From: Leidyana gryllorum EB-2025a
Lineage: Eukaryota; Protista; Apicomplexa
Length of the DNA: 7,615 bases
Reading direction: 5' to 3'
Assembly (NCBI GenBank): GCA_048772705.1
Contig: JBLWGC010000065.1
Location: forward strand, 1 to 7,615
Below are positions 6,270 to 7,615 of this stretch, one piece after another. Both the position numbers and the translations under genes were made by a program. The notes under the pieces were generated by a model. The model made no database searches and had not been told where the DNA came from. It saw only the letters and a program-made list of their open reading frames with translations. Within the stretch, counting starts at the first letter, position 1. Each line of letters starts with the position of its first letter.

Positions 6270-6335
6270 GCTACTGGAGCAATGCTCCAGTAATCCCCGT
6301 CAATAGTCACTGATTCGTGATCTTCAGCCTGCATT

Positions 6336-6407
6336 CCCTTCTTAGCTCAGCGGCAGAGCATTCGCTTAGTAAGCGAAAGGTCGCCGGTTCGTTTCCGGCA
6401 GAAGGCT
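6336..6407 (+). tRNA. trnT: tRNA-Thr(AGT), variant
   Basis: Anticodon arm intact; G1C and T-loop TTCGTTT (A58T). Confidence 0.85.
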
Positions 6408-6500
6408 TTGCTCACGCACTTAAGCTTTTCTGACTGGTCTCTCAGTCTCGATAAGGATCTGAGAGGTTTGGAGGGGAATTGCAATGCACTTTAGATTGGT

Positions 6501-6572
6501 TGTCCGAGCCAGGAATCGAGCCTGGGTTTGCACGGCCACAACGTGCTGTCCTAACCACTAGACGACTCGGAC
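6501..6572 (-). tRNA. trnH: tRNA-His(GTG)
   Basis: GTCCGAG/CTCGGAC-A, GCACG-TT-GTG-GC-CGTGC; T-loop CTCGATT (T54C); G-1 not encoded. Confidence 0.9.
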
Positions 6573-6674
6573 AAATCTTTGAGCGAGGCTGTAGAGGTAG
6601 CGAAGCATCGATCAGGATGGGATGGAACAGGAGCGTCAGACGAACTGCGTTGCAAGAAGTTCACTCCTCAAACT

Positions 6675-6753
6675 TCGGGTGGGACGGAATTTACTCGTGG
6701 AATATCTGATGCCACCACTACAGTCAGATACGTTACCATCTAAGCACCCCGGG
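6675..6753 (-). pseudogene. tRNA-Tyr(GTA) pseudogene retaining the 7-nt intron (6711-6717)
   Basis: TATCTGATGCCACCACTACAGTCAGAT nearly identical to 583-609; D- and T-arms decayed. Confidence 0.8.
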
Positions 6754-6849
6754 CCGTGAGAGTACTTCGGGGCGGCACACCGCAGCCAGAACGACATCGA
6801 CGGTGGCAACGGAAGCCATTAACACTTTGGAACTCAGAAGGAAAGTAAT

Positions 6850-6933
6850 GCACAGATGCCCGAGTGGTCTAAGGGGCCAGACTCAAGTTCTGGTAGGCGC
6901 AAGTCTGCATGGGTTCGAATCCCATTCTGTGCA
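6850..6933 (+). tRNA. trnL: tRNA-Leu(CAA), intronless
   Basis: GCACAGA/TCTGTGC-A, CCAGA-CT-CAA-GT-TCTGG, variable arm AGGC-GCAA-GTCT, ATGGG-TTCGAAT-CCCAT. Confidence 0.95.
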
Positions 6934-6997
6934 ACGGCGATCATCCCCAAAAAAAGGCTGGAAAAGGCCACAGTCGGTTGCATGCACCCGAGTATTC

Positions 6998-7067
6998 GGC
7001 TGTTGCTCTGCTCGTATGATCCTTCCTCCGAGTGGAAGGAGTCCTGGGTTCGATTCCAGAACAGCCC
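6998..7067 (+). pseudogene. tRNA-Pro pseudogene
   Basis: GGCTGTT/AACAGCC-C acceptor, CTTCC-TCCGAGT-GGAAG; D-arm destroyed, 1-nt T-stem deletion. Confidence 0.8.
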
Positions 7068-7208
7068 TATTGGTCGTCGTTTGACTTGACCGGACATGTT
7101 GCCCTCAGAACCAACACAGCCACCTCGTTAGCCCGCCTCGGTAGGGCAGTCAGGGCAACTAACATCTCGAAAATCACATTTCGGCTACCTCTTCCATGTT
7201 GCAGACTG

Positions 7209-7280
7209 AGCAGTGTAGCTCAGTGGAAGAGTGTTAAGCTCATAACGCAAAGGTCCGTCGATCGAAACGACGCACTGCTA
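7209..7280 (+). tRNA. trnM: initiator tRNA-Met(CAT) with a damaged anticodon stem
   Basis: A1:U72, T-loop ATCGAAA; anticodon stem TTAAG/CGCAA has lost two G:C pairs. Confidence 0.8.
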
Positions 7281-7328
7281 AGTGTGCGCAGAAGGGAACA
7301 GTTGCAGGATAGATTGGCTCGTGAGCCA

Positions 7329-7399
7329 AGCCTGCTGCCCGAATCGAACCGGCGACCTTTCACTTACTAAGCTAATGCTCTGCCCCAAGCTAAGAAGGC
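7329..7399 (-). pseudogene. tRNA-Thr(AGT) pseudogene
   Basis: Aligns to 3083-3154 with mismatches in acceptor, T and anticodon stems and a 1-nt D-loop deletion. Confidence 0.8.
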
Positions 7400-7530
7400 A
7401 ATGTCAACTGGACATCACGCGTGAGGAGTCCCTATTGACGGAAGTTACTGAAGCACATTGTTCCACCACTCAATACTTCCACGGATCCACCCACCGGCAA
7501 ATAGGGTGTAACTAAGTTTAGAGCTTCCTT

Positions 7531-7603
7531 GCCGCCCTAGCTCAGTCGGTAGAGCGCAAGACTCTTAATCTTGCAGTCGCGGGTGCGAGCCCCGCGGGCG
7601 GTG
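7531..7603 (+). tRNA. trnK: tRNA-Lys(CTT), T-loop variant
   Basis: GCCGCCC/GGGCGGT-G, CAAGA-CT-CTT-AA-TCTTG; T-loop TGCGAGC (T55G). Confidence 0.88.
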
Positions 7604-7615
7604 TGGATCTATATC

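Noticed and set aside
6998-7067. Pro body with an apparent CGA (Ser) anticodon; likewise Leu fragment CGA (682-714) and Trp relic CCT (1715-1765)
   Set aside because: These loci are truncated or structurally destroyed, so the anticodon changes are best explained as neutral decay
202-7515. All ORFs in the supplied track, including the 172-aa and 156-aa ones
   Set aside because: They overlap tRNA genes on either strand, and their recurring peptides (GIEPRT, WVRIP, GFEP) are translations of T-arms; no protein family is recognisable
1-7615. Phage or bacterial tRNA array, or organellar DNA
   Set aside because: The eukaryotic initiator signature, many A34 anticodons, His without an encoded G-1, a 37/38 intron, mixed strands and the lack of encoded CCA tails point to nuclear eukaryotic genes
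1-7615. CRISPR array or regular tandem repeat
   Set aside because: The repeats are tRNA bodies of differing type and orientation with no constant period
1-7615. Suppressor or selenocysteine tRNAs
   Set aside because: No CTA, TTA or TCA anticodon was found in any readable anticodon loop

Overview
The window is essentially non-coding. It is a very dense, mixed-isotype cluster of eukaryotic-type tRNA genes and tRNA pseudogenes, with about 48 recognisable loci plus fragments in 7.6 kb (roughly one per 150 bp, on both strands). Near-full-length genes cover 16 amino acids including initiator and elongator Met; Trp and possibly Arg survive only as relics, and no Gln or Phe gene was found. Eukaryotic nuclear origin is supported by the general lack of an encoded CCA tail, an initiator Met with A1:U72 and A54/A60, A34 anticodons, and a Tyr intron at position 37/38. 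The cluster is built from shuffled multi-gene modules, most duplicated in inverted orientation. Paralogues with homologous flanks often carry different anticodons. Two Ala-bodied genes (G3:U70) carry a Val anticodon, the Tyr intron is only 7 nt, many otherwise good genes have T-loop/B-box lesions, and oligo-T terminators are scarce. The supplied ORFs appear to be spurious translations of tRNA sequence. The host organism cannot be determined from the sequence by eye.
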